Positions 1-12,815 of a stretch of 64,000 nt of DNA are shown piece by piece. Each line of letters opens with the position of its first letter. The first letter of the stretch is position 1. The DNA is from Octopus sinensis (lineage: Eukaryota): the NCBI RefSeq assembly GCF_006345805.1, contig NC_043019.1, positions 9,795,360 to 9,859,359 of the forward strand. The letters run 5' to 3'. The translations under genes and the position numbers were made by a program. Under the pieces are notes generated by a model. The model saw only the letters and a program-made list of their open reading frames with translations, did no database searches and was not told where the DNA came from.

Positions 1-800
1 CATCTTTCTTGTATTTTCCAATCTATGTTAAATTCTTTAGCATTGTGGCTTAAACTCCAGATGTGACTTAATATTTTGGTGGCATTTCTCTTTACAGTAT
101 ATCTAAAATAGTTGTGTGATTGTTTTGTTGTTTCTTAAAAGTAATTCTCTCTTTCCTATATATCTCTTTTGTTTGGTTTTGGAAGTAGGTCCAGTGGTGG
201 TTACTTCAGCTTTGTATAACCACTACTTGCATATTACATGACATATCTGATCAGCAAGGGGTTGGCTTTCTGAAGATGTATGTGATCTTGATGTTGATTA
301 TCAGGGTTCTTGGGTATCTTTATGTTGGTGGTTGAGCTGCAGTTGGTTTTGTAGTTATGTTTGTTAAATAATTTGTTGTAACTGATTTATGGGAGAATGC
401 TTGTTTTTTTTTTGTGCTAAAATATGTTTGACACAGTGTGAGATTGGCGGGGTGAACCATAAGATTTTGCTTTTTAATTTTGTTATTACTTTATTGCACT
501 TTGGTGTTTTCTACGTAGGTGTACATGATTTTTTTCTCCTTGATATCATTCGATTCTGGAGGTATGTCATTATAACCTGTTGCTCTATAGAATAGTTTCA
601 TATTAGTTGAGAAAAGAGATAATCTTCTACTTACTAGATTTTGGAACACTAATATAAGATGGTTACAGTTCCAATGTTGGTAATTTAATTTTTCATTGTG
701 TTTGTGGAAGGTTTGTGATAGGTGTCTGAGAAATCTGCTCTGATGAGGTGTGGGGATCATTTTGAACTCCAAGTTACTTTGCATTTCTTAGGTTTTCATG
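1..800 (-). mobile_element. Degraded Penelope-like retroelement (RT C-terminus to GIY-YIG endonuclease), broken by stops and frameshifts
   Basis: Minus-strand translation gives KSKILWFTPPISHCVK (cf. the PLE 'IWFNPP' motif) near 460-480. It also gives YKAEVTTTGPTSK near 190-215 and HIWSLSHNAKEFNIDWKI near 15-70, typical of the PLE GIY-YIG region. Confidence 0.75.
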
Positions 801-1469
801 AGTCTCTTTTTTGTATGCTCATTCACATCCTTACAAAGGACTAAACCATTTCCCTATTTAATCTAAAACCTATGCTCATGAATTTTTAGAAAGCTCATAC
901 AGAATCTATAGTCCTATGATGGTCCTCTGCACCATCATTGTAGACAGTCTCTAACCACCCTCATCAACAGCCCAAATCATTGATAATAAAGTAACGACTG
1001 TGGTGGTAGTGCTTCATACTGAAGCAAGTTGGTTGGATTCCCTTTTTGGGGGGAGAAGTGTGAGGGGAGATAGTTGATTGCTTATTTGATCGCTCTTCTC
1101 TAATTCTGGAGCTTATTATCTTGGCTTTCCTAAAAGACTGATTTGAAAAGCAAAATTGAACTTTCCTGTTCAAAATCTAGAAGAATGAATTTACATAGAG
1201 TTGGGAGCTTAATCAGCTGCTTACTATTTTTGCTAATGACAATTTCAAGATGATGAGGATTTATTTTTCTGGTGAAAGAGCTACAAAGCAGGTGTATGAT
1301 TAATGGAATTAACTCCAGTCCTCTTACAATTGAAAGAAATATTAATATCCTTTATGGTTTATTTGTTTCAGTCATTGGACTGTAACGATTCTGAGGCCTT
1401 AAAGAGTTTAGTTGTGCAAATTGACCTCAGTACTTCCTTTTTTTTAAGCCCGGTACTATTGGTAGTATT

Positions 1470-1850
1470 CTATTGGCATCTTTTGATAAACTGCTAAGTT
1501 ACATGGATGTAAACAAACCAATGCCAGTTGTCAAGTCATGGATGGTGGGAACACAGATACATAAATATAAATATATATATTATGGGCTTTTCAGTTTCTG
1601 TCCAGCAGATCCATTCACAAGGCATTGTTCGACTCAGAGTTCTAGTAGAATGCATTTACTCAAGGTGCTATGCAATCGGACAGAACCCAGAAGTTCATGG
1701 TTAGGAAAGCAAGCTAAATAGCAATTAAAAAATTCTTACATTTTCCTAAGGCTTGAAATGTATGTGAGAGAAGTACAATCCCAGGAAGTGAATTTACCCT
1801 AGCATGTTGCTGATACTTGTTTTTATTGATCTTAGAAGAAATTGTAATCA
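1470..1850 (-). mobile_element. SINE fragment (family A, same family as 10815-11205)
   Basis: Shares CTGCTAAGTTAC..GATGTAAACAAACC..CCAGTTGTCAAG with the copies at 22215-22320 and 42436-42790. Confidence 0.6.
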
Positions 1851-2167
1851 GAATGTAAATGACCATGATTCTATTTAATCTAACATGCTACTACCGCTGA
1901 CTCTATCCAATACATAATAATAATAATAATGATAATAATAATGATAATTTATAATTTAGTACAAGACCATGCATTTGTTGGGGATGGGAACAGGTATTTA
2001 AATTGCACCTCAAATTATGACTGGTACTAAATTTATGAACTCTGCATAGCAGGATTTAAAATCAAAATGTAGCAGAATAAAAGTAAGACAACATTTAGTC
2101 TGGCACTTTATTGTTTCTGACACTCCACACTTTTAATAGTTATAGTAGTAGTAGCAGTAATGATATC

Positions 2168-2209
<42 letters not shown>

Positions 2210-2323
2210 CAAAAGAAAATTTTCAAAAAATATAAACAAAGAACAATAGACAAAACCTTCAAAAATGTTTTAAAGAAACAGGTTCTCACTTTTGTTTTCT
2301 TGCATTTATCATATTTACTTCAG

Positions 2324-2434
2324 GTAAACCCCAATTATCAGAAAATCTTGGTTCCAGAAAATACACATCGGATAAACACTTCCTTATCGGATACTGGTTA
2401 TCCGAAATACATAGGAAGTATGATCCCCAACCAG
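2324..2434 (+). CDS. Candidate 111-nt frame-preserving cassette exon (VNPNYQKILVPENTHRINTSLSDTGYPKYIGSMIPNQ in phase 0), possibly of the couch potato-like gene
   Basis: Long polypyrimidine tract ending TTACTTCAG, donor CAG|GTAGGA, length divisible by 3, two open frames. I recognise no homology. Confidence 0.35.
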
Positions 2435-2716
2435 GTAGGACACCAATTTCAATTTAGAACAAACAAAAAAAAAAAGTAAAGAAAAACTTGATGGGAAGAG
2501 TATTTCCATTTTCTTTGTATGTTTTTTTTTATTTTATTTTTGCTTGAGGTTTATTTTAGTTTTTTAATTCTTTTAAGGATTTTAAGGAAATGTGGGCAGC
2601 TTTTTAATTTTTTTCTTCTGATTTGTAATTTTTAATTTTGTATATTTATATTTGTTTCAATAATCTTTTAACTTTATGATATTCATAACATTTGTTAACT
2701 TGTATATTGTTATCAT

Positions 2717-2895
2717 TAGCTGGCAGAATCCTTAAAGCATTGGAAAAATGCTTTGCGGCATTTGTTCCATCTCTTTGCATTCTGAGTTTAAATCCCACCT
2801 TCTTTGCCTTTCATCCTTTCAGGCTTGATGAAATAAAGTGCTAGTTATGTACTAAGGCTGATGTAATTGACTATCCCTCTCTCCTAAAATTGTTT
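2717..2895 (+). mobile_element. SINE (family B: GGCAGAATC..TTCTGAGTTCAAAT..CTTTGCCTTTCATCCTT..AAATAAG)
   Basis: Recurrent motif. Further copies lie near 3195-3395(+), 15505-15720(+), 35035-35245(-), 35288-35500(-), 55215-55415(-), 59265-59410(-), 61625-61830(-) and 63880-64000(-). Confidence 0.7.
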
Positions 2896-3999
2896 GACTT
2901 GTGCCAAAACTTTGAAATTATTATTATTATAAATTATATGGAATTCAATGGAGTAGTAGAATCGGTAGAGTGCCAGACTAAATCGATGGCAGTATTTAGT
3001 CAGATTCCTTCACATTTTTTAGTTAAAAATCCTGCCACAAGCTGTCTTTGCTGTTCATCTGTTCAGAGCTGATAACATTGGTATCAGTCATGAATTTGTA
3101 TTTTTACGACAACTGTAACTATCCTTCAAAATTTCTGGCTTTGTGCTATTGTTAGATTTCTTTGTAATTATCATTTACATAAAAGAGCAGTGAAATGGCA
3201 GAATAATCAATAATTTAGACAGAGCCTTGCTAGATTTAGTTACAACTCTTTACATACTGAGCTCAAATTTTGCCAGTATCACCTTTTCTTTCATCCTTCC
3301 AGGGTCATTAAAATAAGGTACCAGTGACATACTAGGGTTAAATTAATCAACTAACCCAATCCTTCAACATTTTTGACTGTCTTGAAGTAGAAACAATTAG
3401 TATTAAAATAAATTTTTATACTCACCCAATCAACTATTTTGGGGGTCAAACACATTGACAGGGATCAAGCTCAGAATATAAAGCAACATAACTAAATCTG
3501 AAAATTTTGTTAGATGATCTACTGATTTTTTTCATCCATATTATTATACTTTATTCAGTTTAGCTCTCTGCATAAATGATTTTACAGCACTTCACTGAAA
3601 CATAAAGAGCAAAAGTACTTGTTTAAAATGCCTAAAAGACATATGCAACAAAAGTTTGTATGATTAATATAAGCCTGCTTAAAGGGTAGGGTACGAGGTT
3701 ATATTGAATTTGTTTCTCTACATTCCAGCTTGAAATCAAGCTTGAGTTAATATATATTTTTCATCAATTTAGGAAATATAAGTACCATTAAAATACTGTA
3801 CCCTGTCTCATTAACTGGGTTTTTTTTCTTCAAAAATGTAAAGGGCATGATAGCTGTGAAGATAAGGGTTAGAATTACTGTTGGATAAAAATGTAATGCT
3901 GAATAGATAACCTATTGAATTATGTAATAAATAATGTATTGAACTACATACTGAATAGCTAAGGTACGAAACTATCTCCTAATTAAATAAAGAATTGAG

Positions 4000-4260
4000 T
4001 AAATAACGTACTGAGATATTTGTTGGCATTTTGTGAGTAGATCAATTATTGACCGACCTGTTAACTGCCTATTGAGAAGATGAGATACTGAACTACCTGT
4101 TAGCTGCCTATTAAATAGATAAGATATTGAACTAACTGTTAATTGCCTATTGAGTAGATTAAGATAATGAATTACCTGTTGGTTACCTATTGAGGATAAA
4201 GGATATTAAACTATCTGTTGGCTTGCTGTTCAGGAAATAAGGTATTGAACTAACTTTTGG
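4000..4260. repeat. Degenerate minisatellite, ~40-bp unit (ATTGAACTACCTGTTAGCTGCCTATTGAGTAGATAAGAT), about 6 copies
   Basis: Head-to-tail diverged units visible directly, with no unique spacers. Confidence 0.75.
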
Positions 4261-4444
4261 TATTAATCTCAAGCTAAATTATTGTAGTTTGTTTATTCTA
4301 TTGTTACCTCTACCCTACGAGCATAGCGTGCCTGCATACCCATGCCCAGAAGTAACACAGGTAACTGATCCTGATTGTAAATACGGGTATTTTATCCCTT
4401 AGTTGGTTACTATAAACACTAACTCTGCTTACCTTGTGTGTATG

Positions 4445-4487
<43 letters not shown>

Positions 4488-4734
4488 ATATACTTACCCA
4501 AAAGAAACTGGAATTTTGTAATATTATTGTATTCACTTAGTTTTACATCTTTATACTTTTATCACCTTCAAAGTATTCTCCATTTGAAGCAATGCATCAG
4601 TCCAGGCATATTTGCCACTATTCAAAGCAGCGCTGGAACTCTTGTGAAGAGATGCCTTTTAACACCTCTGTTGTTATTTTTCTTCACCTCTTCCACATCT
4701 TCAAATTCCATAGCAGTAGCTTTCATCACCAATG

Positions 4735-5278
4735 ATTACCTTCAAAAGAGATCTGGATCAACTTCCAACTGTTCTTTCAATTCACGGCACGCATTCAGTT
4801 GTGACTGCTTTTGATCTTTCGTGAACAAGCAAGGCACAAGTGATGGTTCTTTAAGACGAGTTCTTTTTGTGATGTTGTCATTCATTCGGAAAGTGGATGG
4901 TCGCCCTGAACATGGTTGGTCTTCAAGCGACAAGCGACCATTCCTGAAGCATGAGACCTGAGTTTTACCCATGGCAGTGCCTTTGTAAGCTGTTTGAAGC
5001 ATGATGACAGTTTTGACTACTGTTTACCTCCAGCAGAAAACAGAATTTCACAGAAGCATACTGACCTTTCACTTCAGCCATCACAAAAATCAACAAACAG
5101 GGGAGAAGCACAACAAAACAAAGGTGCACCACGTAGCTGAACAATGTCACGTGATACTGCCAATTGGTGGGGCAGGCTGATGCCTGAGGGTTGCATCAAG
5201 TGGTCTAGCGGCAGAAGCCTGAACTATAACAGTCTTGCCCCTCAGAAGACATTTCCAATTACTTTTGGGTACCTCCTC
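4735..5278 (-). mobile_element. Mariner fossil: 5' TIR plus N-terminal HTH part of the transposase
   Basis: Minus translation MAEVKGQYASVKFCFLLE..MLQTAYKGTAMGKTQV..FRNGRLSLEDQPCSGRPSTFR is a classic mariner N-terminus. The end GAGGAGGTACCCAAAAGTAA abuts TA at 5279. A related end occurs at 54295-54380. Confidence 0.85.
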
Positions 5279-5328
5279 ATATATATATATATATATACAT
5301 ACAGAGAGAGAGAGAGAGAGAGAGAGAG

Positions 5329-6924
5329 CAGTGGCCAAAACTAGAGAACAAAATAAAAAGATATTTACATTTCTACTTAATTTTTGCGAATGGAATTTTT
5401 ATTGTATATACTTTAAATAATGAGAATATTATTTACCATATATTTTGTAAGAGAGTGATTAATAACTAAATAATTTACAATAGATAAAATGATCATTAGA
5501 AAAATACAAGATGGACAAAACTAGAACACATGTGACGTAAAATTCAAAAAGTAAAATCTGGCAGCACTCCAACCAATGTAAACTCAGTTGACCAACAAAG
5601 TTGTGAAGATTTATATTGAGCTGTAGTGAATTAACAAGCGTGGAAAGCTGACACAAAGTTAATAAAAGCCTCAGGAAGTGAGTGCTCACATTGCAAAAAG
5701 AAGGAATAGCAATTTTGGCTATCACCAGAGACATTAACAGATCAAAGAGTGTTTCTTCCAACTCTGTGAAGAAACAAGCTCATTTGTGTCATTAGAAAAA
5801 CGAGGGAGACCGCAGGAAACAAGTGTTCGGCAAGACTGTGTGATTCAGAGGCTGATGTTAAGAGACCATTTCAATATTGCCGCAGGAATTTCTCACCCAG
5901 TAAATTATGATTACGGAATGATTGTGTCTCAGAAGATTATGGCTCGTTGTTTGAAGGAAGCCGGATTCATGCGCGTCCCAACGCCATTAAACCTGTCGTC
6001 AATATAAAGAACTGAAAACCAAGGTTAGTCTTTGCCAATGAGCATGTACTTTGGACGGACACCAACTGGTTGCGTGTGTTCTTCAGTGATGACTGTACAT
6101 TCAATTTGGTTGGCTCTAATGGCATACAGTATGTGAGACGTGTTAAGAGTGAAAGATTGCTCCCTATGCTTGAAGAAATCAGTGAAGTTTTTTGAGGTGG
6201 GGTTAAATTGCGTGGGGTATGATTTCTGCAGTAGGTGTTGGGCCTTTGATCTGGATCCATGGTAATGTGAATGCAGCCATATACAAAAACATCATTGTGC
6301 AGCATGGCAGCATGTTGTGCCAGCTATGAGGTCATCTCCAACTCATCAGCCAGTCTTTACGCAAGATAATGCTCCATATCAAAGTGCTAAAATAGTTAAG
6401 GAGGTGTTTGAAGCTAAAAAGATTACTGTGACGCATTGGCCAGTTCAGAGCTTCTGACCTCAATCCCATAGAAAAAATTTGGAAGATACTTGGCGATAAG
6501 ATCAGAGACCTGTGAATGTTATGATTTTGGGGGAAAATCCTCAGGAAGAAGAGAATAAAATTGTGTTAGAACAGAGTGAGAAATTGGAAAAATCCTGTGG
6601 ACGGAGATATGCTGAAGTCATGAAAATTAAAAGAGTGTAGACATTTTATTAATATATTGATGTGGATTGTAAAGTTTCTGACAAAATTTTGATTTCTTGA
6701 ATTTTACATCATACATTCTCTAATTTTGTCCATCTTGTAATTTTCAAATAAGCATTTTTTTTTCCATTATAAATCATTTAGTTATTAATCACTTTCTTGA
6801 AATTTTATTGTATATAATGGACATGCTTTAGAGTATATACAGTAACAATCTCATTCGGAAAAATGAAGTAGAAATGTAAATATCTTTAATTTTTATTTTC
6901 ATTCTCTAATTTTAGCCACTACTG
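5329..6924 (+). mobile_element. Tc1-family DNA transposon, decayed (DD34E transposase pseudogene at ~5786-6500)
   Basis: TIRs GTGGCCAAAACTAGAGAA (5331-5348) and TTCTCTAATTTTAGCCACTACTG (6902-6924), followed by TA. Frameshifted translation includes GRPQETSVRQD, VFFSDDCTFNLVGSNGIQYVRR, WGMISAVGVGPL, QDNAPYQSAK and DLNPIE. Confidence 0.9.
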
Positions 6925-6994
6925 TATAGAAACTGGATTATTTGAACCATTTCATAAGCTAAATGATCATATTAATTACATAAATGTAGCATCC

Positions 6995-7580
6995 AACCAT
7001 CCACCCTTGATAATTCGGAGATTAGTTAAGAATATTTCTACAAGAATTTCTAGATTATCTGCTAATAAAAAAAATTTTCGAATCACATGCTGCTTTAGCT
7101 AGGGCTAGGTACCATGAAAAAATTCAATATCTACAAGAAACAGGTATACATAATGCTGTCAATTCCTCCAATAATAATACACAATGTACACCATCACAAC
7201 ATTACAGTATGAGAACTTACGCAGATCAAAAATACAGGCCAAGACGAATTGGTCAAAGGCAATGAACTACCAACAAAACTCATAGACACACATAACACAA
7301 TAATCTAACTACTCATAACACAGTAAACTGTTCCAATCCTGTACACCACACTAGATCAAATAAGCCAAACAACAGCTATAGGAACCATGCTGTCCTCTGG
7401 CTCAACCCAATTTTCGGTTCATATGTTTCAACCAAGATTGCTGGAAAATTTTTAACTACTTCAGACAAATGTTTTCCTAAATCTAATAGATGTCATGGTA
7501 TTTTAATTGGCATACCATGAAGGTATCCTACACTAACTCTACTAATTTAGAGCAGTGTATACACCACATAAACAATAGTA
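6995..7580 (+). mobile_element. Degraded Penelope-like retroelement fragment (post-RT region)
   Basis: Translation remnants VKNISTRISRLSANKKIF, ARARYHEKIQY, VLWLNPIFG, DKCFPKSNRCHGI and MKVSYTN match the PLE RT-to-endonuclease linker. Confidence 0.75.
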
Positions 7581-9369
7581 AAATGTGACAGCAGTTCAGT
7601 AACCCAGCTACTTAGTTCACTGGAAGTCTGGGTTCAAGTGCAGTCATGAATTAGGTATTCAATTCTGTCCTATAGTTAAGTCTGTTTAAAATGTTTGTTT
7701 TATGCAGTACCCTTCCCACATATCTTAATCATTTTAGAAACATAGTTACAATAGAAAGGCATCAGTATTTTACCATGGACAACTGTATGTACCTCCTTCC
7801 ACTTCTCACTTCTTGATGTAAAAAAGTAATAATTCTCAACATAGAAGAGGTGAGAAGCGTACAACAAAGAATATAATTTCCAAAGATATTCTCTCCTGAT
7901 AGAATATTTTCAGTACCACTCTTGTAGACTTCGCACCATCTCAAAAATCAAACACTTCAGGTAAAGAAAGAATTCTAAAAGAAATTATGAATTTAATGAT
8001 TCTCTGTAAATGTCCAACAAATCTGGAATTTCCAGTGGTGCTATTAAGTATATATAAATAGCTTAAATGGGAGGAAACATGGAAAATAAATGGTTCATAC
8101 AAGTACTTATTGTATATAATAATGAAATTATTGTATACAGTGCTCAGGTGCACCATATATAAATAATAATATATATAATAATATATATTTCCTGATTAGG
8201 ACTTTATGTTTCTAACAGAAATGATCAAATAAATATATACACCTTGGCCTCCTCAGCAGAAAACAGTAAACTGTATAAGAGTAGAGCCAGCTTTTATGCA
8301 TAGCAGCATTAACAGTTCTTTTTAAATGCCTGAAGACCAACCAATAATATGAAAACTCAACAAACCATATTTCTATCTGCAAAATCTGCAGAGTTGAAAG
8401 TCCTCTACCTTTTATGTAAAATATTCCTCTTGAATTTAATATTATGGATGATGTTCAGTAGATCTTTTCCAAAGTCCTACAGATGGTGGTTATGAGGAGG
8501 GCTTCTTTTCCTAAAAACTTGTCATCACAAAGCAGATCAGTTAACTTAGTCTTCTTGTCGAAATGGTACGCCTTCCATCAAATTCGTTGTATAGAGTTAA
8601 TTTTATTGATCTGATGCTTAGTGTATTCATTCTGCAAAGGGACAGGAATATCTTTCAATGACACGTCTATACCACCAGAACACCCTGATTATACTGATCA
8701 CCAGAACACCCTGATTGCACAAATAATTAAACTCTTAGTATGCACAGAAAAAAATTGTCATATACTACACAGAAGATTGAGGTTTGCTCAGTAAAAATAA
8801 AGATATGTTCTTTCATATCAATTAAGGTGCTAATTAGAAGTTTAGGGAATTGACCATAAACAAAAGCTGGAAGGGCTAAAAAGAGGAAGTAAAGTAGTTA
8901 AAATAGGTATAAAAATAAATAAATAGCTTTAAAACTATATAAAAATATGATATAAGTAAATTAAACAGAGAAGAGACAGCTGAAAATATGAAGATTAAAC
9001 AAAGAAATAGTATCAAACAATAGTTTATTCTTAAATAGAGTTAAAAAGTCAAAAGACCACAAAAGCTTATGGACCTTAAATTTTGATCATTTTCTAACCA
9101 CACCTCAAAATGTCTTCTAACGCAATGGACTGTAGTAAAACTTAAACCATATGTACACCTACAAAAGCATATGCACTAAAAAATATGCTATCACACTAAC
9201 ACAACCATATAATCTTATAGCCATGTACATACATTTAGAACTACATGGAGACATACATTTATACACATGTACACAAATATATATATATAAATAAAATTAC
9301 ATACACACATATAAATACATAAATGCACAGTATAAACATACATGCATACAAATGTGTGCATATGAATAA

Positions 9370-10757
9370 ATAATATAATAATAATGAAATTATTGTATAC
9401 AGTGCTCAGGTGCACCACAACTTGTCAGAAAGTGCATATAAAGTACATGCAGTAATGTAAAAATGTCTGGAAAGCGAACAATGTATGAGTCAGATACCTG
9501 CCTGTGTGTGTATGGAGGGGAGAAAATCAGGTGTATGGAGGGGAGAAAATCAGGTGTAGTGTTGGCGAATCTCAGGAAGCATGGAAGTTTTGAAGGATGC
9601 AATGCTCCGACAACTAACAACTGATGCTGGCAGTTTGTTCCATGCTTCAGCAACTCTCAGCATGAAAATGTTTCCTGAAGTCATGGGAGCTGTGCTGTTT
9701 TCTGACTTTGTAAATATGTCCACGGGTGTTAGATGGGTGGAGTTTGAAAAGGTGCTCAGAGTTATTGTTTGTACGATGGTTGATAATTTTATGGGTGTCT
9801 GCCAAGTCAGCTGCCAGACGTCGGAGTTTCAATGTGTCCATACCCAGGGAAGTAAGGCGTTCAGGATATGGCAAATGCCTGATGGAGGGTATTCTTTTGG
9901 TTGCACGTCGCTGAACAGCTTCCAGACGATTGATATCCTGGGCAAGATAGGGGTTCCAGACCGGTGATGCAAATTCCAGGTGAGGTCTTACCATAGCTAT
10001 GTAAAGCCGCAGATAGATAGTCGGAGAGCGGCTCACAAAGGATTTGGTGAGTGATGCCAAGACACCCTCAGCCTTCTTGACAATTTTAGCGATGTGTTTT
10101 GTCCAACGCAAATCACTGTCGACAATAACACCCAGGTCACGTTCACATGAAGACTTTTTGAGACTAGTGTTGTGGAGGGTGTAGGTGGACGCTGGGTTTC
10201 TCTTCCCAAAATGCATGGTGGTACATTTGTCCACAGCCAGCTTGAGTTGCCAGTCCATGATCCACTGCTGCATTGTGTCCAGGTCTGCTTGCCATAGAGA
10301 TCTATAGTGTACAGGATTTGACCTCTTTATTTCGAGGTACAGCTTGATGTCATCTGCATATTTCAGCACTGTGGCATTCTTTAAGTTGGCATCTATGTCA
10401 TTAACATATGCAACAAATAAAAGGGGGCCAAGAACAGATCCCTGTGGTACACCAGATGTCATCTCATAGGGCGAAGAGTGCTGTCCTAGAACTGTGACAA
10501 CCTCTTTTCGACTGAAAATAAAGGACTTCAACCAGTTATAGAGTTCGTCTCTTACACCCAACGCAGAAAGCTTCACCATAAGTCTTTTGTGTGGCACAGA
10601 GTTAAAAGCCTTAGCAAAGTCCAGGTAAACAACATCCACCCAGGATCCACAATCAGTGATTTGGGTAACGTCCTCAAGAAACTCGATGAGTTGATTACAG
10701 CAGCTGGAGTGAGGAATAAATCCGAATTATGACGGCTGGATGAGGCTGTGAGACTTC
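9370..10757 (-). mobile_element. 5'-truncated CR1/L2-group LINE with reverse transcriptase (ORF 10639-9647) and 3' end
   Basis: Motifs DVVYLDFAKAFNSVPH, SGVPQGSVLGPLLF, KYADDIKL, ERDLGVIVD and RPHLEFASPVWNP. An upstream remnant reads FGFIPHSSCCNQL. There is a frameshift near 9660, and the 3' end GGTGCACCTGAGCACTGTATACAATAATTTCATT(ATT)n recurs as a stub at 8110-8158. Confidence 0.92.
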
Positions 10758-10814
10758 CAGAATAAATACATATATATACATATACACAAATATACATACA
10801 TAAAGATATACATA

Positions 10815-11205
10815 GGCGGAGGAGTGGCTGTGTTGTAAGAAGCTTGCTTCCCAACCACATGGTTCAGGTTCAGTCCCACTGCATGATACCTTGGACAAGT
10901 GTTTTCTACTATAGCCTCAGGCCAACCAAAGCCTTGTCAGTGGATTTGGTAGATGAAAACTGAAAGAAGCCTGTCGTATATATATATATATATATATATG
11001 CATATATATGTGTGTTTGTGTCTCCCCACCATCACTTGGCAACCGATGCTGGTGTGTTTACATTCCCGTAACTTAGTGATTCAGCAAAAGACACCAATAA
11101 AATAAGAACTAAGCTTACGAAGAATAAGTCCTGGGGTTGATTTGTTCAAATAAAGATGGTGCTCATCATGGTTGCAGTCAAATGACTGAAACAAGTAAAA
11201 GAATA
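10815..11205 (+). mobile_element. tRNA-derived-type SINE (family A), near full length, with internal (TA)n
   Basis: Head GGAGTGGCTGTGTTGTAAGAAGCTTGCTTCCCAACCACATGGTTCAGGTTCAGTCCCACTG has A/B-box-like spacing. The tail is GACTGAAACAAGTAAAAGAATA. Other copies lie near 15275-15420, 36290-36560, 36930-37075, 42436-42790 and 44700-44925. Confidence 0.75.
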
Positions 11206-12055
11206 TGTACACTTATGCACATGTATATGCATATATACACACACACATATACATACATAGTAAATCCTATGCAGAAACACACCCTTTTCATATGAGATAT
11301 TTTCTTCCTTGTTGGTGTAGTAGGAGTCCACTGGTCCATGTTTGATGGTTTTCCCTCTTCCACATTCTTGCTGGTTTTGTTGCGGGTGGTTACTCTGCTT
11401 GTTATTGTAAGGCTTGGGATAAGCAGAGTTACAGTTTATTCCCTTTTCTCTAACAGCGGAGACCATTTCTGTAGAATTTGCAGACAAACTGGACTCTGTG
11501 AAGTTCTGGGCTTGTGTTTGTTCATTTCACTTTTTGATTCAGTAAATCTCTGTTTTCGCTTTTATTTTGATTTTGGGGCTTGAGGACAACATCACTTTTC
11601 TTGTCTATTATTTACTACAGTTCTATTTTGCATGTTTTCAATACAGCCATTGCTGATTTCAGGGCCATTTTTAGGACAGGGGGAACTTGTATTTGCCTTC
11701 TTAATATCATGTTTGAACTCATTGAGCTTCAGCAGAACATGCAGCATCCTTACTGACCACTTCATTGACTGTTTCTTTCATAATGCGATCTAGGAGGTCA
11801 AGATGTGGCTTGACAAGAGCATAGAAGCATATAAACTCCTGTTTTTTCCTGTTCAATTTGTATCATAATCTTTTGGAAGTTATTGATTTTTAGGGCCACT
11901 ACTATTTGTTTATTTGGCAGTGATTCTTTGGCCACAATCCCCTCTTGAAGAAAGCAGCAGAGTTCCACAATTTGCCTATTTTGATACATCTTTTGCATTT
12001 TGTTAGCCTCAGTCTGGCTCACTACAAATTTGCATCTATCAGTATCCATCATGTT

Positions 12056-12088
<33 letters not shown>

Positions 12089-12202
12089 ATATATATATAT
12101 AATATTAATTAGAGACAAAACCACTATTTTGCAAATCAAACAAAGAAAGACTTAATCCAATACATAAAAAAATTTAATATAAATTAAATAAAATTAAATT
12201 CG

Positions 12203-12248
12203 CCACTACAATTGTTTCGTGTCTCTTCTAAGGACATTCATCAGGTGG
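12203..12248 (-). ncRNA. Minimal type I hammerhead ribozyme motif (inverted copy)
   Basis: Exact reverse complement of the 12292-12337 motif. Confidence 0.75.
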
Positions 12249-12291
12249 ATTTCAGATCTTCTATTCTAAAATTGAATAGAAGATCTGAAAT

Positions 12292-12337
12292 CCACCTGAT
12301 GAATGTCCTTAGAAGAGACACGAAACAATTGTAGTGG
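12292..12337 (+). ncRNA. Minimal type I hammerhead ribozyme motif
   Basis: CCAC CTGATGA A TGTC cttagaaga GACA C GAAAC AATT GTA^GTGG. Stem I is CCAC/GTGG, stem II is TGTC/GACA, stem III is the palindrome ACAATTGT, and the cleavage triplet is GUA. Confidence 0.78.
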
Positions 12338-12419
12338 CGAATTTAATTTATTTAATTTATATTAAATTTTTTTATGCATTGGATTAAGTCTTTCTTTGTT
12401 TGATTTGCAAAATAGTGGT

Positions 12420-12515
12420 TTTGTCTCTAATTAATATTATATAATATTTTACTATAAAATTGGATTCAATCCTAAATCTGATTTTTCCCTGTAAATTGGA
12501 TTTATTCCCTAATAT

Positions 12516-12571
<56 letters not shown>

Positions 12572-12779
12572 ATATTATATATGTATGTATATATGTATGT
12601 ATATATATATATATGTATGTATATATATATATGTATGTATATATATATATATGTATGTATATATATATATATGTATGTATATATGTATGTATATATATAT
12701 ATGTATGTGTATATATATATATGTATGTATGTATATATATATGTATGTATATATATATGTATGTATATATATATGTATG

Positions 12780-12815
<36 letters not shown>

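Larger units (their letters stand above)
12096..12441. mobile_element. Near-perfect ~170-bp-arm palindrome of a PLE pLTR-like sequence
   Basis: The left arm is the reverse complement of the right arm around a centre at ~12268, with very few mismatches. Each arm carries a hammerhead motif. Confidence 0.85.

Noticed and set aside
4000-4260. CRISPR-like periodicity
   Set aside because: The units are contiguous and degenerate with no unique spacers, the context is eukaryotic, and there are no cas genes.
4321-4359. Possible 39-nt + strand exon (HSVPAYPCPEVTQ) with donor CAG|GTAACT
   Set aside because: It needs a rare GAG acceptor and has no homology support.
9581-9967. 128-aa + strand ORF
   Set aside because: It is the antisense shadow of the CR1 RT ORF.
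10815-10890. tRNA-like heads of family A repeats
   Set aside because: No complete cloverleaf. They continue into multi-copy SINE bodies, so they are not called as tRNA genes.
11146-12139. Two 113-aa minus-strand ORFs in higher-complexity sequence
   Set aside because: No recognisable motif, and they are partly microsatellite. They may be old LINE ORF1 debris, but I cannot support a call.
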